Shown one piece after another: positions 47,201 to 63,537 of a DNA stretch of 64,000 nucleotides (the first letter of the stretch is position 1; the number at the start of each line of letters is the position of its first letter). The notes under the pieces are model-generated. The model worked only from the letters and a program-made list of their open reading frames with translations. It did no database searches and was not told the DNA's origin. Source of the DNA: Macrostomum lignano. Its lineage: Eukaryota. Where the stretch lies: positions 434,001 to 498,000 of the forward strand of contig NIVC01000284.1 in NCBI GenBank assembly GCA_002269645.1, written 5' to 3'. Both the position numbers and the translations under genes were made by a program.

Positions 47201-50200
47201 AATTGTTCAGTTTGTGAATTGTTCAGTTTGTGAATTGTTTAGTTTGTGAATTGTTCAGTTTGTGAATTGTTCAGTTTGTGAATTGTTTAGTATGTGAATT
47301 GTTTAGTTTGTGAATTGTTCAGTTTGTGAATTGTTTAGTTTGTGAATTGTTCAGTTTGTGAATTGTTCAGTTTGTGAATTGTTCAGTTTGTGAATTGTTT
47401 AGTTTGTGAATTGTTCAGTTTATGAATTGTTCAGTTTGTGAATTGTTCAGTTTGTGAATTGTTTAGTTTGTGAATTGTTCAGTTTGTGAATTGTTTAGTT
47501 TGTGAATTGTTCAGTTTGTGAATTGTTCAGTTTATGAATTGTTCAGTTTATGAATTGTTCAGTTTGTTAATTGTTCAGTTTGTGAATTGTTCAGTTTGTG
47601 AATTGTTCAGTTTGTGAATTGTTCAGTTTGTGAATTGTTTAGTTTGTGAATTGTTCAGTTTGTGAATGTGAATTGTTCAGTGTGTGAATTGTTTAGTATG
47701 TGAATTGTTCAGTTTATGAATTGTTCAGTTTGTGAATTGTTTAGTATGTGAATTGTTTAGTATGTGAATTGTTCAGTTTGTGAATTGTTCAGTTTGTGAA
47801 TTGTTTAGTTTGTGAATTGTTCAGTTTGTGAATTGTTTAGTTTGTGAATTGTTTAGTATGTGAATTGTCCAGTTTGTGAATGGCTCAGTTTGTGAATTGT
47901 CCAGTTTGTGAATGGCTCAGTTTGTGAATTGTCCAGTTTGTGAATGGCTCAGTTTGTGAATTGTCCAGTTTGTGAAGCGTTCAGTTTGTGAAGCGTTCAG
48001 TTTGTGAAGTGTCCAGTTGGTGAAGTGTCCAGTTGGAGAAGTGTCCAGTTAGTGAAGTGTCCAGTTGGTGAAGTGTCCAGTTTGTGAAGTGTCCAGTTGG
48101 TGAAGTGTCCAGTTGGTGAAGTGTCCAGTTCGTGAAGTGTCCAGTTTGTGAATTGTTTAGTTTGTGAATTGCTCAGTTTGTGAAGTTTCCAGTCTGTGAC
48201 GTGTCCAGTTTGTGAAGCGTCCAGTCTGTGACGTGTCCAGTTTGTGAAGTTTCCAGTCTGTGACGTGTCCAGTTTGTGAAGCGTCCAGTGTGTGAAGTGT
48301 CCAGTTTGTGAAGTGTCCAGTCTGTGAAGTGTCCAGTTTGTGAAGTGTCCAGTTGGTGAAGTGTCCAGTTTGTGAATGGCTCAGTTTGTGAATTGTTCAG
48401 TTTGTGAATGGCTCAGTTTGTGAATTGTTCAGTTTGTGAATGGCTCAGTTTGTGAATTGTTCAGTTTGTGAATGGCTCAGTTTGTGAAGTTTCCAGTCTG
48501 TGACGTGTCCAGTTTGTGAAGCGTCTAGTCTGTGACGTGTCCAGTTTGTGAAGCGTCCAGTCTGCAAAGTGTCCAGTTTGTGAAGTGTCCAGTCTGTGAA
48601 GTGTCCAGTTTGTGAAGTGTCCAGTTGGTGAAGTGTCCAGTTCGTGAAGTGTCCAGTTTGTGAATTGTTTAGTTTGTGAATTGCTCAGTTTGTGAAGTTT
48701 CCAGTCTGTGACGTGTCCAGTTTGTGAAGCGTCCAGTCTGTGACGTGTCCAGTTTGTGAAGTTTCCAGTCTGTGACGTGTCCAGTTTGTGAAGCGTCCAG
48801 TGTGTGAAGTGTCCAGTTTGTGAAGTGTCCAGTCTGTGAAGTGTCCAGTTTGTGAAGTGTCCAGTTGGTGAAGTGTCCAGTTTGTGAATGGCTCAGTTTG
48901 TGAATTGTTCAGTTTGTGAATGGCTCAGTTTGTGAATTGTTCAGTTTGTGAATGGCTCAGTTTGTGAATTGTTCAGTTTGTGAATGGCTCAGTTTGTGAA
49001 TTGTTCAGTTTGTGAATGGCTCAGTTTGTGAAGTTTCCAGTCTGTGACGTGTCCAGTTTGTGAAGCGTCTAGTCTGTGACGTGTCCAGTTTGTGAAGCGT
49101 CCAGTCTGCGAAGTGTCCAGTTTGTGAAGTGTCCAATTTGTGAAGTGTCCAGTTTGTGAAGTGTCCAGTTGGTGAATTGTTCCGTTTGTGAATTGTTCAG
49201 TTTGTGAATTGTTCAGTTTGTGAATGGCTCAGTTTGTGAATTGTTCAGTTTGTGAATTGTTTAGTTTGTGAATTGTTAAGTTTGTGAATTGTTTAGTTTG
49301 TGAATTGTTCAGTTTGTGAATTGTTCAGTTTGTGAATTGTTTAGTTTGTGAATTGTTCAGTTTGTGAATTGTTCAGTTTGTGAATTGTTTAGTATGTGAA
49401 TTGTTTAGTTTGTGAATTGTTCAGTTTGTGAATTGTTTAGTTTGTGAATTGTTCAGTTTGTGAATTGTTCAGTTTGTGAATTGTTCAGTTTGTGAATTGT
49501 TTAGTTTGTGAATTGTTCAGTTTATGAATTGTTCAGTTTGTGAATTGTTCAGTTTGTGAATTGTTTAGTTTGTGAATTGTTCAGTTTGTGAATTGTTTAG
49601 TTTGTGAATTGTTCAGTTTGTGAATTGTTCAGTTTATGAATTGTTCAGTTTGTGAATTGTTCAGTTTGTTAATTGTTCAGTTTGTGAATTGTTCAGTTTG
49701 TGAATTGTTCAGTTTGTGAATTGTTCAGTTTGTGAATTGTTCAGTTTGTGAATTGTTTAGTTTGTGAATTGTTCAGTTTGTGAATGTGAATTGTTCAGTG
49801 TGTGAATTGTTCAGTTTGTGAATTGTTCAGTTTGTGAATTTTTCAGTTTGTGAATTGTTCAGTTTGTGAATTGTTCAGTTTGTGAATTGTTTAGTTTGTG
49901 AATTGTTCAGTTTGTGAATTGTTTAGTTTGTGAATTGTTCAGTTTGTGAATTGTTCAGTTTATGAATTGTTCAGTTTATGAATTGTTCAGTTTGTTAATT
50001 GTTCAGTTTGTGAATTGTTCAGTTTGTGAATTGTTCAGTTTGTGAATTGTTCAGTTTGTGAATTGTTCAGTTTGTGAATTGTTTAGTTTGTGAATTGTTC
50101 AGTTTGTGAATGTGAATTGTTCAGTGTGTGAATTGTTCAGTTTGTGAATTGTTCAGTTTGTGAATTGTTCAGTTTGTGAATTGTTCAGTTTGTGAATTGT

Positions 50201-53200
50201 TCAGTTTGTGAATTGTTCAGTTTGTGAATTGTTCAGTTTGTGAATTGTTTAGTATGTGAATTGTTCAGTTTATGAATTGTTCAGTTTGTGAATTGTTTAG
50301 TTTGTGAATTGTTTAGTTTGTGAATTGTTCAGTTTGTGAATTGTTCAGTTTGTGAATTGTTCAGTTTGTGAATGTGAATTGTTCAGTGTGTGAATTGTTC
50401 AGTTTGTGAATTGTTCAGTTTGTGAATTTTTCAGTTTGTGAATTGTTCAGTTTGTGAATTGTTCAGTTTGTGAATTGTTTAGTTTGTGAATTGTTCAGTT
50501 TGTGAATTGTTTAGTTTGTGAATTGTTCAGTTTGTGAATTGTTCAGTTTATGAATTGTTCAGTTTATGAATTGTTCAGTTTGTTAATTGTTCAGTTTGTG
50601 AATTGTTCAGTTTGTGAATTGTTCAGTTTGTGAATTGTTCAGTTTGTGAATTGTTCAGTTTGTGAATTGTTTAGTTTGTGAATTGTTCAGTTTGTGAATG
50701 TGAATTGTTCAGTGTGTGAATTGTTCAGTTTGTGAATTGTTCAGTTTGTGAATTGTTCAGTTTGTGAATTGTTCAGTTTGTGAATTGTTCAGTTTGTGAA
50801 TTGTTCAGTTTGTGAATTGTTCAGTTTGTGAATTGTTTAGTATGTGAATTGTTCAGTTTATGAATTGTTCAGTTTGTGAATTGTTTAGTTTGTGAATTGT
50901 TTAGTTTGTGAATTGTTCAGTTTGTGAATTGTTCAGTTTGTGAATTGTTCAGTTTGTGAATTGTTCAGTTTGTGAATTGTTTAGTTTGTGAATTGTTTAG
51001 TATGTGAATTGTTCAGTTTATGAATTGTTCAGTTTGTGAATTGTTTAGTATGTGAATTGTTTAGTATGTGAATTGTTCAGTTTGTGAATTGTTCAGTTTG
51101 TGAATTGTTTAGTTTGTGAATTGTTTAGTTTGTGAATTGTTCAGTTTGTGAATTGTTTAGTATGTGAATTGTTCAGTTTGTGAATTGTTCAGTTTGTGAA
51201 TTGTTTAGTTTGTGAATTGTTTAGTATGTGAATTGTTCAGTTTATGAATTGTTCAGTTTGTGAATTGTTTAGTATGTGAATTGTTTAGTATGTGAATTGT
51301 TCAGTTTGTGAATTGTTCAGTTTGTGAATTGTTTAGTTTGTGAATTGTTCAGTTTGTGAATTGTTTAGTTTGTGAATTGTTTAGTATGTGAATTGTCCAG
51401 TTTGTGAATGGCTCAGTTTGTGAATTGTCCAGTTTGTGAATGGCTCAGTTTGTGAATTGTCCAGTTTGTGAATGGCTCAGTTTGTGAATTGTCCAGTTTG
51501 TGAAGCGTTCAGTTTGTGAAGCGTTCAGTTTGTGAAGTGTCCAGTTGGTGAAGTGTCCAGTTGGAGAAGTGTCCAGTTAGTGAAGTGTCCAGTTGGTGAA
51601 GTGTCCAGTTTGTGAAGTGTCCAGTTGGTGAAGTGTCCAGTTGGTGAAGTGTCCAGTTCGTGAAGTGTCCAGTTTGTGAATTGTTTAGTTTGTGAATTGC
51701 TCAGTTTGTGAAGTTTCCAGTCTGTGACGTGTCCAGTTTGTGAAGCGTCCAGTCTGTGACGTGTCCAGTTTGTGAAGTTTCCAGTCTGTGACGTGTCCAG
51801 TTTGTGAAGCGTCCAGTGTGTGAAGTGTCCAGTTTGTGAAGTGTCCAGTCTGTGAAGTGTCCAGTTTGTGAAGTGTCCAGTTGGTGAAGTGTCCAGTTTG
51901 TGAATGGCTCAGTTTGTGAATTGTTCAGTTTGTGAATGGCTCAGTTTGTGAATTGTTCAGTTTGTGAATGGCTCAGTTTGTGAATTGTTCAGTTTGTGAA
52001 TGGCTCAGTTTGTGAAGTTTCCAGTCTGTGACGTGTCCAGTTTGTGAAGCGTCTAGTCTGTGACGTGTCCAGTTTGTGAAGCGTCCAGTCTGCAAAGTGT
52101 CCAGTTTGTGAAGTGTCCAGTCTGTGAAGTGTCCAGTTTGTGAAGTGTCCAGTTGGTGAAGTGTCCAGTTCGTGAAGTGTCCAGTTTGTGAATTGTTTAG
52201 TTTGTGAATTGCTCAGTTTGTGAAGTTTCCAGTCTGTGACGTGTCCAGTTTGTGAAGCGTCCAGTCTGTGACGTGTCCAGTTTGTGAAGTTTCCAGTCTG
52301 TGACGTGTCCAGTTTGTGAAGCGTCCAGTGTGTGAAGTGTCCAGTTTGTGAAGTGTCCAGTCTGTGAAGTGTCCAGTTTGTGAAGTGTCCAGTTGGTGAA
52401 GTGTCCAGTTTGTGAATGGCTCAGTTTGTGAATTGTTCAGTTTGTGAATGGCTCAGTTTGTGAATTGTTCAGTTTGTGAATGGCTCAGTTTGTGAATTGT
52501 TCAGTTTGTGAATGGCTCAGTTTGTGAATTGTTCAGTTTGTGAATGGCTCAGTTTGTGAAGTTTCCAGTCTGTGACGTGTCCAGTTTGTGAAGCGTCTAG
52601 TCTGTGACGTGTCCAGTTTGTGAAGCGTCCAGTCTGCGAAGTGTCCAGTTTGTGAAGTGTCCAGTTTGTGAAGTGTCCAGTTGGTGAAGTGTCCAGTTCG
52701 TGAAGTGTCCAGTTTGTGAATTGTTTAGTTTGTGAATTGCTCAGTTTGTGAAGTTTCCAGTCTGTGACGTGTCCAGTTTGTGAAGCGTCCAGTCTGTGAC
52801 GTGTCCAGTTTGTGAAGTTTCCAGTCTGTGACGTGTCCAGTTTGTGAAGCGTCCAGTGTGTGAAGTGTCCAGTTTGTGAAGTGTCCAGTCTGTGAAGTGT
52901 CCAGTTTGTGAAGTGTCCAGTTGGTGAAGTGTCCAGTTTGTGAATGGCTCAGTTTGTGAATTGTTCAGTTTGTGAATGGCTCAGTTTGTGAATTGTTCAG
53001 TTTGTGAATGGCTCAGTTTGTGAATTGTTCAGTTTGTGAATGGCTCAGTTTGTGAAGTTTCCAGTCTGTGACGTGTCCAGTTTGTGAAGCGTCTAGTCTG
53101 TGACGTGTCCAGTTTGTGAAGCGTCCAGTCTGCGAAGTGTCCAGTTTGTGAAGTGTCCAATTTGTGAAGTGTCCAGTTTGTGAAGTGTCCAGTTGGTGAA

Positions 53201-55750
53201 TTGTTCCGTTTGTGAATTGTTCAGTTTGTGAATTGTTCAGTTTGTGAATTGTTCAGTTTGTGAATTGTTTAGTTTGTGAATTGTTAAGTTTGTGAATTGT
53301 TTAGTTTGTGAATTGTTCAGTTTGTGAATTGTTCAGTTTGTGAATTGTTTAGTTTGTGAATTGTTCAGTTTGTGAATTGTTCAGTTTGTGAATTGTTTAG
53401 TATGTGAATTGTTTAGTTTGTGAATTGTTCAGTTTGTGAATTGTTTAGTTTGTGAATTGTTCAGTTTGTGAATTGTTCAGTTTGTGAATTGTTCAGTTTG
53501 TGAATTGTTTAGTTTGTGAATTGTTCAGTTTATGAATTGTTCAGTTTGTGAATTGTTCAGTTTGTGAATTGTTTAGTTTGTGAATTGTTCAGTTTGTGAA
53601 TTGTTTAGTTTGTGAATTGTTCAGTTTGTGAATTGTTCAGTTTATGAATTGTTCAGTTTATGAATTGTTCAGTTTGTTAATTGTTCAGTTTGTGAATTGT
53701 TCAGTTTGTGAATTGTTCAGTTTGTGAATTGTTCAGTTTGTGAATTGTTTAGTTTGTGAATTGTTCAGTTTGTGAATGTGAATTGTTCAGTGTGTGAATT
53801 GTTCAGTTTGTGAATTGTTCAGTTTGTGAATTGTTCAGTTTGTGAATTGTTCAGTTTGTGAATTGTTCAGTTTGTGAATTGTTTAGTATGTGAATTGTTC
53901 AGTTTATGAATTGTTCAGTTTGTGAATTGTTTAGTATGTGAATTGTTCAGTTTATGAATTGTTCAGTTTGTGAATTGTTTAGTTTGTGAATTGTTCAGTT
54001 TGTGAATTGTTCAGTTTGTGAATTGTTCAGTTTGTGAATTGTTTAGTTTGTGAATTGTTTAGTATGTGAATTGTTCAGTTTATGAATTGTTCAGTTTGTG
54101 AATTGTTTAGTATGTGAATTGTTTAGTATGTGAATTGTTCAGTTTGTGAATTGTTCAGTTTGTGAATTGTTTAGTTTGTGAATTGTTCAGTTTGTGAATT
54201 GTTTAGTATGTGAATTGTTCAGTTTGTGAATTGTTTAGTTTGTGAATTGTTTAGTATGTGAATTGTTCAGTTTATGAATTGTTCAGTTTGTGAATTGTTT
54301 AGTATGTGAATTGTTTAGTATGTGAATTGTTCAGTTTGTGAATTGTTCAGTTTGTGAATTGTTTAGTTTGTGAATTGTTTAGTTTGTGAATTGTTTAGTA
54401 TGTGAATTGTCCAGTTTGTGAATGGCTCAGTTTGTGAATTGTCCAGTTTGTGAATGGCTCAGTTTGTGAATTGTCCAGTTTGTGAATGGCTCAGTTTGTG
54501 AATTGTCCAGTTTGTGAAGCGTTCAGTTTGTGAAGCGTTCAGTTTGTGAAGTGTCCAGTTGGTGAAGTGTCCAGTTGGAGAAGTGTCCAGTTAGTGAAGT
54601 GTCCAGTTGGTGAAGTGTCCAGTTTGTGAAGTGTCCAGTTGGTGAAGTGTCCAGTTGGTGAAGTGTCCAGTTTGTGAAGTGTCCAGTTGGTGAAGTGTCC
54701 AGTTGGTGAAGTGTCCAGTTTGTGAAGTGTCCAGTTGGTGAAGTGTCCAGTTGGTGAAGTGTCCAGTTGGTGAAGTGTCCAGTTGGTGAAGTGTCCAGTT
54801 GGTGAAGTGTCCAGTTGGTGAAGTGTCCAGTTGGTGAAGTGTCCAGTTGGTGAAGTGTCCAGTTGGTGAAGTGTCCAGTTGGTGAAGTGTCCAGTTGGTG
54901 AAGTGTCCAGTTGGTGAAGTGTCCAGTTGGTGAAGTGTCCAGTTGGTGAAGTGTCCAGTTGGTGAAGTGTCCAGTTGGTGAAGTGTCCAGTTGGTGAAGT
55001 GTCCAGTTGGTGAAGTGTCCAGTTGGTGAAGTGTCCAGTTGGTGAAGTGTCCAGTTGGTGAAGTGTCCAGTTGGTGAAGTGTCCAGTTGGTGAAGTGTCC
55101 AGTTGGTGAAGTGTCCAGTTGGTGAAGTGTTCAGTTTGTGAAGTGTCCAGTTGGTGAAGTGTTCAGTTTGTGAAGTGTCCAGTTGGTGAAGTGTCCAGTT
55201 GGTGAAGTGTCCAGTTGGTGAAGTGTCCAGTTGGTGAAGTGTCCAGTTGGTGAAGTGTCCAGTTGGTGAAGTGTTCAGTTTGTGAAGTGTCCAGTTGGTG
55301 AAGTGTTCAGTTTGTGAAGTGTCCAGTTGGTGAAGTGTCCAGTTTGTGAAGTGTCCAGTTGGTGAAGTGTTCAGTTTGTGAAGTGTCCAGTTGGTGAAGT
55401 GTCCAGTTGGTGAAGTGTCCAGTTGGTGAAGTGTCCAGTTGGTGAAGTGTCCAGTTTGTGAAGTGTCCAGTTGGTGAAGTGTCCAGTTTGTGAAGTGTCC
55501 AGTTGGTGAAGTGTTCAGTTTGTGAAGTGTCCAGTTGGTGAAGTGTCCAGTTGGTGAAGTGTCCAGTTGGTGAAGAGTCCAGTTGGTGAAGTGTTCAGTT
55601 TGTGAAGTGTCCAGTTGGTGAAGTGTTCAGTTTGTGAAGTGTCCAGTTGGTGAAGTGTCCAGTTGGTGAAGTGTCCAGTTGGTGAAGTGTCCAGTTGGTG
55701 AAGTGTCCAGTTTGTGAAGCGTTTAGTTTGTGAAGCGTTCAGTTTGTGCA
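38203..55750. repeat. 17.5-kb satellite of 16-bp units (GTTTGTGAATTGTTCA / GTTTGTGAAGTGTCCA variants), about 1100 copies, with higher-order blocks
   Basis: Read directly. The rare variant GTTGGAGAAG occurs at 40535, 42573, 45577, 48032, 51560 and 54574. Confidence 0.99.
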
Positions 55751-56863
55751 AAGCGTCTAAGGTAGTAAGAAAGCATTTTACACGCAGAAATGTCCAGTTT
55801 TTGAAATCGCAGATATCTTTTTTTGTTACTCAAAGATCAATATATTAAATGTTCTGTTTGTATGTAAAATATTTATGAATTCTTCATTCATTTTCGACAG
55901 GAAATGCTTGCAATCATTACTATAGTTAGTACTCCTACCTACTTCTATTTCGAGTTTCAAATTGAATGACTTATTGTGAAGTTTTTTTAAAAACACAAAT
56001 TACTGTTACTACTTATGATTATAAATAGCATATATTAATATATTTGTCAAGGTAGAAGTATGCTTTGATCCGAATTTGACTTGCACAGACTTTGATGTCA
56101 AAATAGATTATGAAAAAATACGAAGTGTTTGAGCCGTGCCGTACATCAATAAAAACATACACAATGCATAACAATGGAGACAAACCTTTTTTTTAAGATT
56201 AAATCGATGGAGATTTAGGCGCCGTGAATGCATTTAAACAAACAGGTCTATGATGTTTTACATATTTTATACAAATTGTTAAGTAATTTAATTATCACTG
56301 TAATTTAATAATTAGAGTAATAATTTAATTATCAGCTGAGAACTTGGCTTTTCAGGAAAGCAAATTTTCTATTTTATGACGAAAATTTTACAAATCGTGA
56401 CTTCCTAAGAAAATGCCATTGTTAGAATGATAGAATGTAAGAAAGTGCGATTATAAAAGGCGATTCTAAGAAAGATTTTTAACAGTGTCTCTTAGAAACT
56501 AAACATTTTTAGAATAGCAAAACCTAGAAAGGACAGCTCACAGAAAGATTATTCTTAGAATAGGCGATTCCTAGAAAAGGCGATTCTAAAAAGGGCAATT
56601 CTTAGAATAAGCGATTTCATGAAAGGGTGATTCTTAGATAGGGTAGACGATTCCTGGAAATGGTAATTCTTAGAAAAGGCGATTTTTATAAATGATTATT
56701 CCAAGAAAGAACTATTGGACCTTTAAATTTAAAAGGACGAATTCTTGAAAATCCTCAGAGTGTCAATTATACAAGCTCTAGTAGCTATGATGATGATAAT
56801 AAAATTCTATAAATTTATAGTATTAAAAAACTGACAGCATCATAAGCCTCATCAGGTGCTCCA

Positions 56864-59462
<2,599 letters not shown>

Positions 59463-59794
59463 GCTGCCACTTTTTAGATTAACTAGCGAGATTACAAATA
59501 TAACAAATATTATAACACTGAAATGTGTTCAAAGTATACAATTAGTACTGATTATAGTTTTGCTTTCAATTTGAAAATAACTGGAATGTAAATCAGCCGC
59601 TAGTACAGAGGCCGATGCAAACTCGTAAGGCCATGCCGTTAAAGTATTGAATATTATAAGGGTAAAGTGCAGAAAGAAGATTAAATAGACTAGATTTGAC
59701 TAAGGAGTGAAACGGGTGAGATTAGAGTAGAGGAAGATAGACAGAGTATGAGATTAGAAAGAAAAGAGTGGTGAGATGAGAGTGCGGAGACACA

Positions 59795-60765
59795 AATGTG
59801 AGATTAGAGTGAGAATAGAGACAAATGAGAGATTAGAGTGAGAATAGAGACAAATGAGAGATTAGAGTGAGAATAGAGACAAATGAGAGATTAGAGTGAG
59901 AATAGAGACAAATGAGAGATTAGAGTGAGAATAGAGACAAATGAGAGATTAGAGTGAGAATAGAGACAAATGAGAGATTAGAGTGAGAATAGAGACAAAT
60001 GAGAGATTAGAGTGAGAATAGAGCAAATGAGAGATTAGAGTGAGAAGAGACACAAAATGTGAGATTAGAGTGAGAATAGAGACAAATGAGATATTAGAGT
60101 GAGAATAGAGACAAATGAGAGATTAGAGTGAGAATAGAGCAAATGAGAGATTAGAGTGAGAAGAGACACAAAATGTGAGATTAGAGTGAGAATAGAGACA
60201 AATGAGATATTAGAGTGAGAATAGAGACAAATGAGAGATTAGAGTGAGAATAGAGACAAATGAGAGATTAGAGTGAGAATAGAGACAAATGAGAGATTAG
60301 AGTGAGAATAGAGACAAATGAGAGATTAGAGTGAGAATAGAGCAAATGAGAGATTAGAGTGAGAATAGAGCAAATGAGAGATTAGAGTGAGAAGAGACAC
60401 AAAATGTGAGATTAGAGTGAGAATAGAGACAAATGAGATATTAGAGTGAGAATAGAGACAAATGAGAGATTAGAGTGAGAATAGAGCAAATGAGAGATTA
60501 GAGTGAGAAGAGACACAAAATGTGAGATTAGAGTGAGAATAGAGACAAATGTGAGATTAGAGTGAGAATAGAGACAAATGTGAGATGAGTGAGAAGAGAG
60601 ACAAATGTGAGATTAGAGTGAGAAGAGACACAAAATGAGAGATTAGAGTGAGAATAGAGACAAATGTGAGATTATAGTGAGAAGAGAGACAAATGTGAGA
60701 TTAGAGTGAGAAGAGACACAAATGTGAAATTATAGTGAGAATAGACGCACAGATGAGAAGGTGAG
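59795..60765. repeat. 29-bp purine-rich minisatellite (GAGAGATTAGAGTGAGAATAGAGACAAAT)n, about 33 copies, intergenic
   Basis: Read directly. Confidence 0.97.
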
Positions 60766-61110
60766 ATTATAAGTGAGAGAAAATGAGACTGAAAGAAGAA
60801 GACTTAAAATAGGTGAAAAAATACGTTAAAACTCTTTTTTAGAGCAGGTAGCATTGTGCCAATTAAAAATTCTAAAAAATTAATAAAAATATATATTAAA
60901 AATCAAATCCAAAATAACTGGTAACTGTAATATAGTCAATTAGTTGCAAATGTTTAAAAATGCAAGTTATATTTTCACGTTATATTTGTAGATAGATTGC
61001 ATAGAGATAATAAATGACTTAGACACTAATTATGTTGTTTACGATGAAGTTACTGTAAAAATACGTGACCCAAGCAAAAAATGCATTTGTGAAACAAGCT
61101 GTCTCTCTCT

Positions 61111-63458
61111 CTAAGCAGACTTCTGACCTCGCATAGCCATCACAGCTCCCAGTTGCATAGCAACAGCATCTCGGATTCGTTTCCCTGGCGACACACTGGG
61201 ATCAGTTGCTACCGGAAACAGACCGGAAGTCAAAACAGCAGAAGCCAGAACGCGAAGCTGTTCAGCCAATGCGACATCCTCGGCAAGACCGACGCTGGCT
61301 AGAGAAGCGAACACCGCACTGCGTAGGGCGGCATCTTCATCAAATTGTTGCTTTTGCTGTTGCTGTTGCTGCTGCTGCTGCTGCGAATTCTCCTTAGCAA
61401 CTGTGGACGAAGGTTCTGTAAAGCACGGAGCCAAAGGCAGCTTCTTTGCCGGCCGCTTTATTGTCGAACTGTTGTTACTACTGTTAGCTAGAGAACTCCG
61501 TCGTTTAGCCAGAGTTCGCGAGTGCAGCCTCAGGATGCAGCTGGTCCGGCAGCTGAATGCGCTGGCTGTCTCGTTAGTCACCAGGCGAGCTTGCAATTGT
61601 GCAGCCCTCAGTTCCCTGGCCTCGGAGCCGGAGTTGACATTGTAATACACATCGTGATAGCGCAGCTTCAGCATGGCTTTGAACGCTCCAGATGGGTTGC
61701 TTTTTCGCTCCTTTAAATAGTCTGACATCACATTGCGAACGTCTTCGAGCCGAGGTCCGATGCTCGAGTCCACGGCAAGGCGAGGTCGCGGTTTTGCCGT
61801 CGACGGAGTCGGGCGCAAGGGGCTGGCGATGCCGCGACGAGCTTTGCCGCTTGGCGACAGACAGCTGAGCACAGCGCCAATGTCGTCTTGAGCAGCCTGG
61901 CCCAGGGTCTGTGGGAGTTCGTTTGAAAATCCCATGTGACATTGATAAAATTCCATTCAACATCTATAAAATCACATTCAACATCTATAAAATCCCATTC
62001 AACATCTATAAAATTCTATTTCTCAACATCTATAAAATCCCATTCAACATCAATAAAATTCCATTTTAACATTAATAAAATCCCATTCAACATCTATAAA
62101 GTTCCATATTCACCATCTATAAAATCTCAGTGGACATCTATAAAAATCTCAGTGGAAATCTATAAAAATCTCATGGAATGTCTATAAAATCTCAGAAGAC
62201 ATTTATAGAAATCTCTGGTGACATCTATAAAATATAATTTGACATTAATAAAATCCCATTACGACTTGACACACAGATGACATTATGACTCACCAAGCCG
62301 CATAGCCTATTAATGGTTCGCTCGCATCGCACTCCCAACAGTTTAGCCAGACCTCTCAGCTGCTCAACCGGAGCTCCGCTAGCCGCTGGTGCTGACAGGA
62401 ACTCAGCCAGCACGTGTAGCAGTCTGGCCACAGTGACAGCCGGGCCTCCCTGACTCTGTAGCGACAGTTCAACTCGGCGTTCGGGCGGCATCAACAGCAG
62501 AGGCCGGGCCAGCAGGCGTAGCAGGGCGTCAGCGATGTCGCCGACTTTGCCGCCAGCGCCGTGACCTCCGCTCACTGATTTGTCCGTGTCGGTGTCTCTG
62601 CGTGGCAGTGGGACAAGTGTAGGAAATTAGGGGATAAGTAAAGCATAGCAAAGATCGGAGAGTGACAGAAGAGGGGAAAGATCGGAGGGTGACAGAAGAG
62701 GGGAAATATCGGAGGGTGACAGAAGAGGGGAAATATCGGAGGGTAAGAGAGGCGGGGAAAGATCGGAGGGTAAGAAAAGCAGGGAAATATCGGAGGGTAG
62801 AGAGAAGCGGGGAAAGATCGGAGGGTAGAGAGAAGCGGGAAAGATCGGAGGGTAGAGAGAAGCGGGGAAATATCGGAGGGTAGAGAGAATCGGGGAAATA
62901 TCGGAGGGTAGAGAGAAGCGGGGAAATATCGGAGGGTAGAGAGAAGCGGGGAAATATCGGAGGGTAGAGAGAAGCGGGGAAATATCGGAGGGTAGAGAGA
63001 AGCGGGGAAATATCGGAGGGTAGAGAGAAGCGGGGAAATATCGGAGGGTAGAGAGAAGCGGGGAAATATCGGAGGGTAGAGAGAAGCGGGGAAATATCGG
63101 AGGGTAGAGAGAAGCGGGGAAATATCGGAGGGTAGAGAGAAGCGGGGAAAGACACAGATGGCACAGAAGGAATATAAAAGAAGCAGAACACCAGCAAGTC
63201 AGAGAAAATCCAGGCGTCACACAAAATCTATCAATGACATACCTGGCAGAGCAGCAGTCCAAGAAGAAGTTGGACAGCGACAGTAAGCAGTCGCAAGAGT
63301 CGGTCGGTCTCAGCTGAGCCAGTCTGCCTGAGGCGGGCCAGTACGCAAATAGCAGTTCCACAGCTGCCCCAGTTCGAGATGGGGCTATTCGAAGCTTGCG
63401 AAATACGCCCACGTCTCTGCGGGACTTGAGACAGCGTTGGCCCAATATGCTGAGCTGT
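61111..63458 (-). CDS. MTBP: Probable MDM2-binding protein (MTBP / Sld7-like), 3' part only; exons 63243-63458, 62294-62597, 61111-61908 (438 aa); 5' exons lie beyond the window
   Basis: Exons join in frame through GT-AG sites, so the gene model is solid. KLRYHDVYYNV...ARE...QLQARLVTNETASAFS resembles the MTBP C-terminal domain as I recall it (YHGI.YC...ELQSRLIRYETQTTC), followed by a helical C-terminus. The identity is from memory and needs an HMM check. Confidence 0.6.
61945..62260. repeat. Degenerate about 21-bp repeat (TCTATAAAATCCCATTCAACA) in the MTBP-like intron
   Basis: CATCTATAAAAT recurs at about 21-nt spacing. Confidence 0.8.
62650..63150. repeat. 28-bp minisatellite (CGGGGAAATATCGGAGGGTAGAGAGAAG)n, about 17 copies, MTBP-like intron
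   Basis: Read directly. Confidence 0.96.
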
Positions 63459-63537
63459 CTGTGGGGTGGTTAGTTAGGGAAATTGTTAGTAATTCTATAC
63501 TGTGATTGAAAATCCCAAAGTATATCTAGAATTGACT

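Noticed and set aside
55515-55751. 78-aa ORF (TNWTLHQLDTSPTGHF repeats)
   Set aside because: Translation of three 16-bp satellite units per period.
62529-63242. PASLYPPIFPRF repeat ORF extension
   Set aside because: 28-bp intronic minisatellite between GT-AG-bounded exons of the MTBP-like gene.
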